A DNA stretch of 64,000 nucleotides from Marivita sp. (GTDB lineage: Bacteria > Pseudomonadota > Alphaproteobacteria > Rhodobacterales > Rhodobacteraceae): positions 3,577,075 through 3,641,074 of the forward strand of contig NZ_CP180351.1 of NCBI RefSeq assembly GCF_048006345.1, given 5' to 3'. The notes below the pieces were generated by a model. That model did not search any database. It worked only from the letters and a program-made list of their open reading frames with translations, and was not told the origin of the DNA. A program made the translations under genes and the position numbers. Shown here one piece after another: positions 38,983-47,574 of this stretch. Position 1 is the first letter of the stretch. Each line of letters opens with the position of its first letter.

Positions 38983-39575
38983 ACCATTCCTCCGATCAGC
39001 GCCGCATGCCGTATCGTGAAGTCATTGCGCACCTCGACCGGCGGGCGGAGCACGATGGACAGATCTGCAATCAAATCCAGATCAGGCGCGCCAAAGAACC
39101 TGTCGGCCTCTGCGCGTGTGAATCCGGCGATCTGCGTCGCTTCCATCCAGGCGCTGATGCGGTCCGCCTTCTTGATCTGTTTCTTGAGCTTGGCTGGAGT
39201 GACGGCAGGCAGGCCAAAGCGAATGTGAATGGCTGATGTCAGCCTGTCATCCAGCGCACCGTAGCCCGGACCCACCGCTGCCTTGACCGGAGAGATCATG
39301 TCCCCGATCACGTATTCTGGCGCATCGTGCAAAAGCGCCGTCAGTCGTTCAGCCGCCGAGGCTTTGGGGCAAAGACGCCCGAACAGGGTTTCCACCAAAA
39401 GCGAATGCTCGGCTACGGAATAGGCATAATCCCCAAAGGTCTGCCCGTTCCAGCGCGCCACGAAAGCCAGTCCGTGCGCGATGTCTTCAATTTCGATGTC
39501 GACCGGCGTCGGGTCCAGCAGGTCCAGCCGTCGTCCAGACAACATGCGTTGCCACGCGCGTGGGGGTTTTGCCAT
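38979..39575 (-). CDS. HD-domain phosphohydrolase (YfbR-like)
   Basis: HSLLV ... LLHDAPEYVIGD (H..HD..D pattern); start moved to ATG 39575. Confidence 0.7.
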   Translation of the reverse strand: MAKPPRAWQRMLSGRRLDLLDPTPVDIEIEDIAHGLAFVARWNGQTFGDYAYSVAEHSLLVETLFGRLCPKASAAERLTALLHDAPEYVIGDMISPVKAAVGPGYGALDDRLTSAIHIRFGLPAVTPAKLKKQIKKADRISAWMEATQIAGFTRAEADRFFGAPDLDLIADLSIVLRPPVEVRNDFTIRHAALIGGMV

Positions 39576-39699
39576 GGTGTGCCTCGTTTTCGTCTTGGGT
39601 AGAACGCGGCCCCCCGGTTGTAAACAGCGCCGCATTGCCGGGAGTGCGACCCCGTGCTAACTGCCCTTCCAACCAAGGTTGACATGTGGAGTGCCGGGA

Positions 39700-41088
39700 A
39701 TGGCCAAAGATTATATCGTCAAGGACATCGCGCTGGCTGGGTTTGGCCGCAAGGAACTGGACATCGCCGAAACGGAGATGCCGGGCCTGATGGCGCTGCG
39801 CGAAGAATATGGCGCGGAGAAGCCGCTGACCGGGGCGCGTATTGTGGGATCGCTTCACATGACGATCCAAACGGCGGTGCTGATCGAAACGCTCGTAGCG
39901 CTGGGCGCTGATGTGCGCTGGGCGTCCTGCAACATCTTCTCGACGCAGGATCATGCAGCGGCGGCGATCGCAGAGGCAGGCGTGCCGGTCTTTGCGATCA
40001 AAGGTCAAACGCTGGAAGAGCATTGGGATTACCTCGACAAGTCGTTCATGTTCCCCGAAGGCGCGAACATGATCCTCGACGATGGTGGCGATGCGACGCT
40101 CTACGTCTTGCTTGGTGCGCGCGCGGAAGCCGGGGAAGAGATCATTCCCGTGCCGCAATCCGAGGAAGAAGAGGTGATCAAGAAGCAGATCGCCAAGCGT
40201 ATGGCGCAAAGCCCCGGTTGGTTCACCAAGACACGTGATGCGATCAAGGGTGTGTCCGAGGAAACGACCACGGGCGTTCATCGCCTTTATGATCTCCACA
40301 AGAAGGGGATGCTGCCGTTCCCCGCGATCAACGTGAACGATTCCGTGACCAAGTCGAAGTTCGACAACAAGTACGGCTGCAAGGAATCACTGGTCGATGG
40401 CATCCGCCGTGCCACTGACACGATGATGGCAGGCAAGGTCGCCGTTGTCTGTGGATATGGTGACGTGGGCAAAGGTTCTGCCGCGTCGCTGGCAGGTGCC
40501 GGTGCCCGTGTGAAAGTGACCGAAGCCGACCCGATCTGTGCGCTTCAGGCCGCGATGGACGGGTTTGAGGTTGTTCTGCTGGAAGACGTGGTCTCGACCG
40601 CGGACATCTTCATCACAACCACCGGCAACAAGGACGTGATCCGTATCGAGCATATGCGCGAGATGAAGGACATGGCCATCGTCGGCAACATTGGCCACTT
40701 CGACAACGAAATTCAGGTGGCGTCCTTGCGCAACCATAAGTGGACGAACATCAAGGAACAGGTGGACATGATCGAGATGCCCTCGGGCAATCGCATCATC
40801 CTGCTCTCCGAGGGCCGTCTGCTGAATCTCGGCAACGCCACAGGCCACCCGTCTTTCGTGATGTCCGCATCCTTCACAAACCAGGTGCTGGCGCAGATCG
40901 AACTGTGGAAGAATGGCGGCGAATACGAGAACAAGGTCTACATCCTTCCCAAGCATCTCGACGAAAAAGTCGCCCGCCTGCATCTGGGCCGGATCGGTGT
41001 GAAACTCACCCAACTTTCGCCCGAGCAGGCCGCGTATATCGGCGTCACTCCGGAAGGACCGTTCAAGCCGGAGCACTACCGGTACTAA
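39700..41088 (+). CDS. ahcY: Adenosylhomocysteinase
   Basis: [24 protein letters not shown]-terminus, NAD motif GYGDVGKG, C-terminal PEHYRY; start moved to ATG 39700. Confidence 0.95.
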   Translation: MAKDYIVKDIALAGFGRKELDIAETEMPGLMALREEYGAEKPLTGARIVGSLHMTIQTAVLIETLVALGADVRWASCNIFSTQDHAAAAIAEAGVPVFAIKGQTLEEHWDYLDKSFMFPEGANMILDDGGDATLYVLLGARAEAGEEIIPVPQSEEEEVIKKQIAKRMAQSPGWFTKTRDAIKGVSEETTTGVHRLYDLHKKGMLPFPAINVNDSVTKSKFDNKYGCKESLVDGIRRATDTMMAGKVAVVCGYGDVGKGSAASLAGAGARVKVTEADPICALQAAMDGFEVVLLEDVVSTADIFITTTGNKDVIRIEHMREMKDMAIVGNIGHFDNEIQVASLRNHKWTNIKEQVDMIEMPSGNRIILLSEGRLLNLGNATGHPSFVMSASFTNQVLAQIELWKNGGEYENKVYILPKHLDEKVARLHLGRIGVKLTQLSPEQAAYIGVTPEGPFKPEHYRY

Positions 41089-41175
41089 GCCAATCGGCAA
41101 AAACCAGCTCACTGAATACGAAAGGCCCGGCGTTCACGTCTGGGCCTTTTTCCTTTTTGTGTCAGAGGTGTAGTC
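41086..41175 (+). repeat. Direct repeat copy R1 (ahcY stop codon plus terminator region)
   Basis: 89/90 identical to 45200-45289; only difference T41154 vs A45268. Confidence 0.95.
41123..41151 (+). terminator. ahcY rho-independent terminator (second copy at 45237-45265 inside R2)
   Basis: AGGCCC-loop-GGGCCT followed by TTTTT. Confidence 0.7.
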
Positions 41176-41470
41176 GCGATTTCTAGCTATCCAGAAAATC
41201 CCATCCTGAAAAGGGCGGTGGTTGGTCGGCTTGCTTCCATTCGGCGCGCGGATGGCAAAGATAAATCGTTCAAAGAGCGTTCATTCTTTGTCCAACATCA
41301 GGTCTCGTGCCAAGCTGGTCTCCTTTGCAGAAACCAGCTTGAATCACGCCCACACCGCGGTGCGAATCCTTTTTGTCAACACGGCCCAATCTGGAACATA
41401 AACTGAACCAGAGGCGCCATTGCGAAATAGACCGAATAGTCCGAATACCCTGACGACGGACACTCGCGGA

Positions 41471-42115
41471 TCACAAATGGCGCTGCGGGTTCAAGAGACC
41501 TTCACGTACTGCGTATGCCAAGAGTTCTGCCAGGGAGCGGACGTTCAGCTTTGCCATGAGGCTGGCGCGGTGGTTCTCCACGGTTTTCACACTGATCGAA
41601 AAAGTTTCCGCAATTTGCTTCGTGGAGTGTCCAGCGCAGATTTGGCTGAGAATCTGTCTTTCGCGCTTTGTCAGGGTCAGTTCAACATCCGCGTTAACGG
41701 TGATCGCGCGCGCATCACTTGAAAGAACCGTGCCTCCGCGCAGGATAGTTGGAATGGCCTCTTCGAACTCGGTGATGTCTCCACGCTTCGTAAAGATGCC
41801 GTGCACTCCGGCATGAACCATCTCGTTCAGAAGGTTGGCCGACGTAATGCCCGTGAAAATGACAATCCGCGTTCCCGGTGACCATCGCTGAACCTCCGTC
41901 ACAACCGAAATCCCTTGTGCATGTGGCATTGCAATATCGAGCGTCAGAAGATCAGGTTTGTATTTCTTTGCGGCTACAATCGTAGCCAGACCATCGGTCG
42001 CTTCGGCGACAATCTCGATTTCCGACAATGAAGACAGGATCTGCATAATCCCGGCGCGCAGCAGCTTGTGATCATCTGCAACAACTGCGGTATACTTAGG
42101 AACTTGCATTTTCAC
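41471..42115 (-). CDS. Response regulator, REC plus LuxR/FixJ-type HTH (NarL family)
   Basis: VVADDH ... LLTLDIAMP receiver motifs; LTKRERQILSQICAGHSTKQIAETFSISVKTVENHR HTH; GTG 42115 or ATG 42109 start. Confidence 0.88.
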   Translation of the reverse strand: MKMQVPKYTAVVADDHKLLRAGIMQILSSLSEIEIVAEATDGLATIVAAKKYKPDLLTLDIAMPHAQGISVVTEVQRWSPGTRIVIFTGITSANLLNEMVHAGVHGIFTKRGDITEFEEAIPTILRGGTVLSSDARAITVNADVELTLTKRERQILSQICAGHSTKQIAETFSISVKTVENHRASLMAKLNVRSLAELLAYAVREGLLNPQRHL

Positions 42116-42176
42116 CTACACGCAACTCAAAATTTATCAGCAAGCGTTAAGGAATATGCCAGCGCAATCAAGTATT

Positions 42177-44201
42177 TCATCGGTCTGCCTTTGGGATGCA
42201 GACACGCGCGATCGTCCCGCGCCCGGCTTCGGAAACTAGTTCAAAATGAAAGCCGTTTTCCTCGGTTAACTGTTGCACGATTGAAAGGCCGAGCCCGGAC
42301 CCAGGGTATTCTCCAGCCCGCTGAAACGGCTGCATGATGTCCTTCAACTGAGCTTTTTGTATGCCGGTTCCGCTGTCATGGATTTCAATCCGAACCCATT
42401 GATCCGCGCTTCGCGCCCCCATGACGATCTTTCCACTGGATGTGTTCTTGATCGCGTTCGAAAGAAGGTTCGTGACAATCCGCATCACGGCAAAAACTGT
42501 ACCCCGTGACTGCAACGTGCTGGGGACCATCACCAGTTTCACACCCTTGCCAGCGGCCTCTTCCTGAAACATGCTGTACGCATGATTGAGCACGGTACCG
42601 ACCTCGAAAGGTTCGTCGCTGATTATTGGCGGAAGTGCCGCGTGTGACACCAGCGAGTCTACCGACTGCGCAGAGTCTGCGGGTTGATGCTCGGTGATAT
42701 TGCGTCGCAACAATTCGTCCAGATAGTCGAACGCAGCGTCAATGTCTGCGCTTGCCTTTCCCTTCATGTCGCGCATCGTCAAGCGCAGAGACGTGAGCGG
42801 CTGTTGCATGTCATGCGCTGCCGCGGAAAGGGCTTCGGCCATCGCAAGCTTTTCCTTGGTCGCCCGGATTTCTGCGCGCAAGGAGTTCTCCGTATCAATC
42901 CTCATACCGCGCACTTGATAAAACAGCGCCAGTGAGAACATGAAGACCTCAAACATCAGCGCATACCGCGTCAGAGAATGCGCAAAGGTCAGAAGATGTG
43001 TGTCGGAAAGAAATGCTGCGACGAGCAACCAATAGATCGATGCAGTCAAAACCGTGTTGCCAAGCAAGAAAAGGACGCTGCCTCTAAGCTTGTACACGTA
43101 CGCCAACACTCCGGACACGGGTGACAATGTGAATAACAGGGCCGTCACAGGATAGGTGATATTGCCTGGAATGGGTTGGGGAAGAAGCAGATCACCAAGA
43201 GCAAAGATTATGGGCAGAACTGATGCTATTGCCAGAAAGGTGCAATAGCGAGGCACCGCATTCTCGCCCATCAAATAGGCACGTTGAAAGAACAGAATTC
43301 CAACAAGCATCAAATTAAAGAAGATGCTTTCAATAATGATCGTATCTGCAATCAAGGGATATGGGAAAAACAGATAGAGGTGCCCTCCAAGGTCCAAAAG
43401 AGACACCACTACAGACGACACATAAATCGTGTAAGGTATCGTCGCGACGTGTCGAATGGCGACCATGAATACCACTGCGACGCTTGCAAACCCTGATGCG
43501 AGTGCCAATTTGACGAACGCAGTTATCGTCTCAAAACGCCTGCGGTTATCGTAGCCATCCTCGGTTTCGAAGGTCATCGGAAAGCTGGACGACCCGTTGG
43601 AATAGGACACGTAAATCGTTGCGGTTGATTGCGCAGGCAAAGAGAAGGCGACATGCGGGTGAACATCGATTCCATGCCATTCTGAATACTTGAGGTTTTG
43701 ATAAATGGGGTCTGTCGGTTGAGGTGCGCCATCCACAATAAGATGGACTGTCATTAAGTTGCGGTACGTCGTGTTGCTGGCAAGCATCCAAGTCTGCGCA
43801 GTGTCCGTAGGGTTTTTGACGCGCGTTTTAAGATGCACGAGGTTCCAAATCCGGCCGAATCCGATCTCTTGTGAAGTCACAGGTTCGAACTTCCCCTCGC
43901 GATCCAATGACAGAACATCGTTTAGGGACGTGCCGGTATATTCGATGTCCCGCGGTGCATAGTCGCCGATGACGTATGCGGTGAACGGGACTGCATCATA
44001 AGGCGCATAGTTTGGGTTCAGCAAGAGAACCGGCGCCTCTGCCCAAAGCGCAGACGCGCTCCAGATCAGAAGAACACCAGCCCACAACGATATCAGCTGT
44101 GCTCGTACGGATGAAGCCTGCAGCAAACGCTGTTCCTTTTCGGCACGTCTTTGGCATTTTGACAAAGGTTTGCCTCTGGGGAAATGGGGTAAATCACTCA
44201 T
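42177..44201 (-). CDS. Sensor histidine kinase with 7TMR-DISM-type extracytoplasmic and seven-TM input module
   Basis: Signal/TM, about 190-aa external region, seven hydrophobic helices, H-box AAAHDMQQPL, N box LLSNAIKNT, G1 DSGTGI, G2 GSGLGLSIV; ATG 44201 preferred over track TTG 44228. Confidence 0.82.
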   Translation of the reverse strand: MSDLPHFPRGKPLSKCQRRAEKEQRLLQASSVRAQLISLWAGVLLIWSASALWAEAPVLLLNPNYAPYDAVPFTAYVIGDYAPRDIEYTGTSLNDVLSLDREGKFEPVTSQEIGFGRIWNLVHLKTRVKNPTDTAQTWMLASNTTYRNLMTVHLIVDGAPQPTDPIYQNLKYSEWHGIDVHPHVAFSLPAQSTATIYVSYSNGSSSFPMTFETEDGYDNRRRFETITAFVKLALASGFASVAVVFMVAIRHVATIPYTIYVSSVVVSLLDLGGHLYLFFPYPLIADTIIIESIFFNLMLVGILFFQRAYLMGENAVPRYCTFLAIASVLPIIFALGDLLLPQPIPGNITYPVTALLFTLSPVSGVLAYVYKLRGSVLFLLGNTVLTASIYWLLVAAFLSDTHLLTFAHSLTRYALMFEVFMFSLALFYQVRGMRIDTENSLRAEIRATKEKLAMAEALSAAAHDMQQPLTSLRLTMRDMKGKASADIDAAFDYLDELLRRNITEHQPADSAQSVDSLVSHAALPPIISDEPFEVGTVLNHAYSMFQEEAAGKGVKLVMVPSTLQSRGTVFAVMRIVTNLLSNAIKNTSSGKIVMGARSADQWVRIEIHDSGTGIQKAQLKDIMQPFQRAGEYPGSGLGLSIVQQLTEENGFHFELVSEAGRGTIARVCIPKADR

Positions 44202-44431
44202 TTCGCTCTGACATACGGCGAAGGCCAAAAAGGTAAATTAGGTGATTTACCCTATAGAAAAGCGCACGACTGTATCGAATACCTACGTTCAGAACATCCA
44301 CCGGTTGCACCTTTAATGAATGTCTGGCTGGCGCGGTTCGTTTAACCGCTCACCAAACTGTTCATTAGGGTCAGGATGCATTGATTTCGGTCGCACGGCG
44401 TGATTCACGGCTCAGAAAATGGAGCGGTGAC

Positions 44432-45189
44432 ATGAGCGACCTTTACTGGCTGACTGACGAGCAGATGGCTAAGCTCGCCCTTTTCTTCCCGAAGTCGCAC
44501 GGCAAGCCGCGGGTTGATGACAGGCGGGTTCTGAGTGGGATTATCTTCATCAATCGCAATGGGTTGCGCTGGCGGGACGCGCCTGCCGCCTATGGTCCAC
44601 ACAAGACGCTCTACAGCCGGTGGAAACGTTGGAGCGAGAAAGGAATTTTCGCGCGGATGATGGCGGGGTTGGCTACGAACCACGGTGAGAAGACGACCGT
44701 GATGATCGATGCAACATACCTGAAGGCACATCGAACGGCGACCAGCATGGCCGCCAAAAAAGGGGGCGCGGTCGCCTGATCGGTCGCACCAAGGGCGGCA
44801 TGAACACCAAGCTTCATGCCATCTGTGACAGCCAGGGACGACCGCTCGATCTGTTCGTCACCGCTGGACAGGTGAGCGACTACATCGGCGCGCGGGCGCT
44901 TCTCGGTAGCCTGCCAAACGTCAAATGGCTGCTCGGAGATCGCGGCTATGACGCCGACTGGTTCAGGGAAGCGTTGAAAGACAAAGGCATACGCGCCTGC
45001 ATTCCCGGCCGGAAGCAACGTAAGACGCTGATCAAGTACGACAAGCGTCGCTACAAGCGGAGAAATCGTATCGAGATCATGTTCGGCAGGCTCAAGGATT
45101 CGCGGCGTGTGACGACCCGCTATGGTCGATGCCCCGAGGTGTTCCTATCGGCCATCGCACTCGCGGCGACCGTCATCTATTGGTTATAA
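44432..45189 (+). CDS. IS5-family DDE transposase, OrfAB produced by -1 frameshift
   Basis: OrfA MSDLYWLTDEQMAKL... ends 44779; orfB frame (-1) open from the slip site, continuing IGRTKGGMNTKLHAICD ... DRGYDADWFR ... RNRIEIMFGRLKD. Confidence 0.85.
44756..44762 (+). other. Putative -1 programmed ribosomal frameshift site AAAAAAG
   Basis: A6G in orfA frame AAA AAA G, 15 nt before orfA stop; the -1 frame reads through into orfB. Confidence 0.7.
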
Positions 45190-45199
45190 ATCCTGACCC

Positions 45200-45289
45200 T
45201 AAGCCAATCGGCAAAAACCAGCTCACTGAATACGAAAGGCCCGGCGTTCACGTCTGGGCCTTTTTCCATTTTGTGTCAGAGGTGTAGTC
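45200..45289 (+). repeat. Direct repeat copy R2
   Basis: 89/90 identical to 41086-41175; starts at the base after the IS right end. Confidence 0.95.
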
Positions 45290-45421
45290 TGCCAAGTCGC
45301 GATCAGTCGACCTCAGTTTGGTTTTTGAGAATTCCGCCAGCGACAAAAGACTTTTGAGGAATCGCACGGACGTGGTTTCATTGCACCATTCAAGCCTACG
45401 CATATTCGGTTCGAGGTTGAG

Positions 45422-46279
45422 ATGGGCAATTACCGCGACCATCCGGCGATCAAGGAAATCCGAAACGCCAACTTTCCAAGGTTCAAACCAGAACTATGGT
45501 GTTCGGAATTCGTCGAAATCTGTCATGCCTTGCCTGTGCGATTGCCGGGCGGAGGTGTGAAAAAGGTCGCCATCACACGCTACAAGTCAGGCACGGGAGG
45601 CGATGCTTACAAACGGGCGGGCACGCTTAGAAGCCACCTGCAAAAGAACTCCGAAGTTCAAAAAGATAAGAACGCAAAGAATTGGCTGGATGTTTCGAAA
45701 CATCGGATCAGGATGGCGTTTTGTGGACATGCCACTCTCGAAGAAATCTCGCTTCTTTGCGAGCTTTCACTGAAGGCGGGTCTTGTCTCGGTAGATCGTC
45801 TTCAGGCTTGGATCGACCAGGATCAAGTGATCGGGTTGGACTGCAATGGTTTTACAAACGCGTACTACACGGCCATCGGATGTTTTCTTGAAAATCCAAT
45901 TCACTACCACAACAAGTACAAGCAAATCGCCGGTGTCGCGCATAATTGGTACGACATCGACTACGACAGCGTTGTTCTGTGGGCGCGGCCAAAGAAATCG
46001 GAAGAGAAAAAAGACCTTTGGGAGGTCATACCCAACGGACACAAAGGGCCAGATCACCATGCCCATATCGGGGTGATTGATCATGTTCTAAATGATGAGG
46101 TGGTGGTGTGTCAGCACGGCTCGAACGTTGGTCCCAGGATGTCGACGTACAAGATCGTTTCTGAACCACCCAGTAAGGCAAAGGGCAAAGAGGTTTGGTA
46201 TTTGCGCGAGATCGGCACGTCAAAGACGCAGACTGTCATCCTGACGAAGACTATGCCGACATATGCTGCCGGCGAATAA
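45422..46279 (+). CDS. Hypothetical protein with C-terminal NlpC/P60 (papain-fold) like Cys-His-His arrangement
   Basis: GLDCNGFTNAYY (Cys141), HHAHIGVI (His215), VCQHGSN (His232); no signal peptide or TM; AT-richer than surroundings; purine-rich GAGGTTGAG before ATG. Confidence 0.6.
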   Translation: MGNYRDHPAIKEIRNANFPRFKPELWCSEFVEICHALPVRLPGGGVKKVAITRYKSGTGGDAYKRAGTLRSHLQKNSEVQKDKNAKNWLDVSKHRIRMAFCGHATLEEISLLCELSLKAGLVSVDRLQAWIDQDQVIGLDCNGFTNAYYTAIGCFLENPIHYHNKYKQIAGVAHNWYDIDYDSVVLWARPKKSEEKKDLWEVIPNGHKGPDHHAHIGVIDHVLNDEVVVCQHGSNVGPRMSTYKIVSEPPSKAKGKEVWYLREIGTSKTQTVILTKTMPTYAAGE

Positions 46280-46408
46280 ATTCGTCAGCAGCACGTTTGC
46301 TCGGTTGGAAGCGATTTTGTGTTGTCTTCGAAGTTGGTTTACCGCGCATCTAGCGACATTGAACTTTGGACAACCGAAAGACCCAAAGCCAACTTCGGGT
46401 AGGCGCGC

Positions 46409-46828
46409 TTACGCCTTTGCCGGGATTCGCAGAACCTGACCGGGGTAGATCTTGTCAGGATGGCTGAGCATCGGGCGATTGGCCTCGAAAATCGCGTTGT
46501 ACTTTGATCCTTTGCCGAGGGTCTTTTCGGCGATCGCCCAAAGCGTGTCGCCTTTGACGACCGTGTGGAACACGGGCTCATCCGATGTGTCCGCCTCGAC
46601 GGCAGACACGCCTTCGACGTTGCCGACGGCAAGGATCACCTTTTCCCGTTCTTCCTGCGTCATGTCTCCGCCGGAGACGACAACCTTGTCCCCCTCGACC
46701 TTGATCTCGGCACCTTTGGTGTCGAGCCCCAGATCGGCAACTTCCTTTTCCAGAATGGCTGCTGTCGGCAGATCGTCGCCACCGACCAATTTGCGCCCCG
46801 CGGATTTCACGAAATTCCAAAGTCCCAT
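46409..46828 (-). CDS. BON plus LysM domain protein (Kbp/YgaU-like)
   Basis: MGLWNFVKSAGRKL N-terminus, BON segment, LysM HTVVKGDTLWAIAEK ... IYPGQVLRIP; start moved to ATG 46828. Confidence 0.85.
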   Translation of the reverse strand: MGLWNFVKSAGRKLVGGDDLPTAAILEKEVADLGLDTKGAEIKVEGDKVVVSGGDMTQEEREKVILAVGNVEGVSAVEADTSDEPVFHTVVKGDTLWAIAEKTLGKGSKYNAIFEANRPMLSHPDKIYPGQVLRIPAKA

Positions 46829-47011
46829 ATGCCCTCCTATGGCTGTGTGTCGAAGCCAGCTTTGCGTGGCTTTCACGTCCACTCTAGGGGGAAAACGGGA
46901 CGGTGAAACGCAAAACGAGATTTTTCATTGCCCCATGCAGGGGATTTTGCCACCTTTCCCAATGTAGGGGGCCGGTCCTCCGGGGAACCAAGACTTCACA
47001 GGGAGACAGTG

Positions 47012-47353
47012 ATGGGTAAGAGAGACGATTTGATCGCAAAGTATGCGGACGACCTGAAGAACAAGTGCGGCATGACGCCGGACATGGATCTGCTGACAAA
47101 AGTCACGATCGGTTGTGGGCCCGCTATCTACAACGACGATGCGTCGACGGTTGCGGGGTCGCAGGCGTCCGAACTTGAAACGGTCAAGACCAATTTCCTC
47201 ATCAAGAAGCTTGGTCTGAAGGACGGTCCGGAATTGATGGATGCGATCAATTCGGTCATCGAGACCTATGGCAAGTCCGAACGGAACAAGTATCGCGCGG
47301 TGGTTTACTACATGTTGACCAAGCATTTCGGCAAAGAGTCCGTCTACGGATAA
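47012..47353 (+). CDS. DUF2853-family protein
   Basis: 113 aa, MGKRDDLIAKYADDLKNKCG pattern remembered for DUF2853; GGGAGA RBS; hairpin terminator 47377-47408. Confidence 0.65.
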   Translation: MGKRDDLIAKYADDLKNKCGMTPDMDLLTKVTIGCGPAIYNDDASTVAGSQASELETVKTNFLIKKLGLKDGPELMDAINSVIETYGKSERNKYRAVVYYMLTKHFGKESVYG

Positions 47354-47574
47354 GCCCTGTCCATGGGATTGATCTGAGAGCGCTCCATCTGGGGCGCTCT
47401 ATTCATTTGAAGTTGTCTCAAATCAGAGGGACTTGGTGTTTGGTCCTGAGCGTCGTTTAAGGTACAACCACAAAGACGGTCAGGACGACCGAAACCATAT
47501 TCAGTTTACGCGCGTGGTGACTTGGGAGCGCGGGGACGGAGGGTTTCGGTTTCGGCCGGACCCTCCGTTTGAAT

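Larger units (their letters stand above)
44368..45199 (+). mobile_element. IS5-family insertion sequence (IS427/IS1031-like group), 832 bp
   Basis: Terminal inverted repeats GGGTCAGGAT (44368-44377) / ATCCTGACCC (45190-45199); flanking TA at 44366-44367 and 45200-45201; two-frame transposase. Confidence 0.88.

Noticed and set aside
38494-39575. GNAT acetyltransferase plus HD hydrolase as a possible toxin-antitoxin or defence pair
   Set aside because: No small RHH/Xre/DUF1778-type antitoxin partner, normal composition, and both look like ordinary single-domain enzymes sitting between regA and ahcY.
39576-39699. Possible SAH riboswitch in the 124-bp leader upstream of ahcY
   Set aside because: I could not find the conserved core I remember for the SAH element or a convincing pseudoknot-forming arrangement. 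The region also has to hold the divergent promoter of the HD gene. A covariance-model scan (Rfam SAH_riboswitch) would settle it.
41218-41406. 62-aa ORF in the spacer between R1 and the response regulator, and the 64-aa ORF at 45248-45442 overlapping R2
   Set aside because: No RBS and no motifs. The second overlaps the duplicated terminator and the start of the NlpC/P60-like gene. Both were treated as chance ORFs.
47443-47486. Imperfect long hairpin (GTCCTGA-g-CGTC ... GACG-g-TCAGGAC) in the 220-bp spacer between convergent DUF2853 and DUF1761 genes, possible sRNA or structured element
   Set aside because: No flanking promoter or T-run, and the 20-nt loop is unremarkable. I cannot assess conservation without other genomes, so this is left as noise unless comparative data show covariation.
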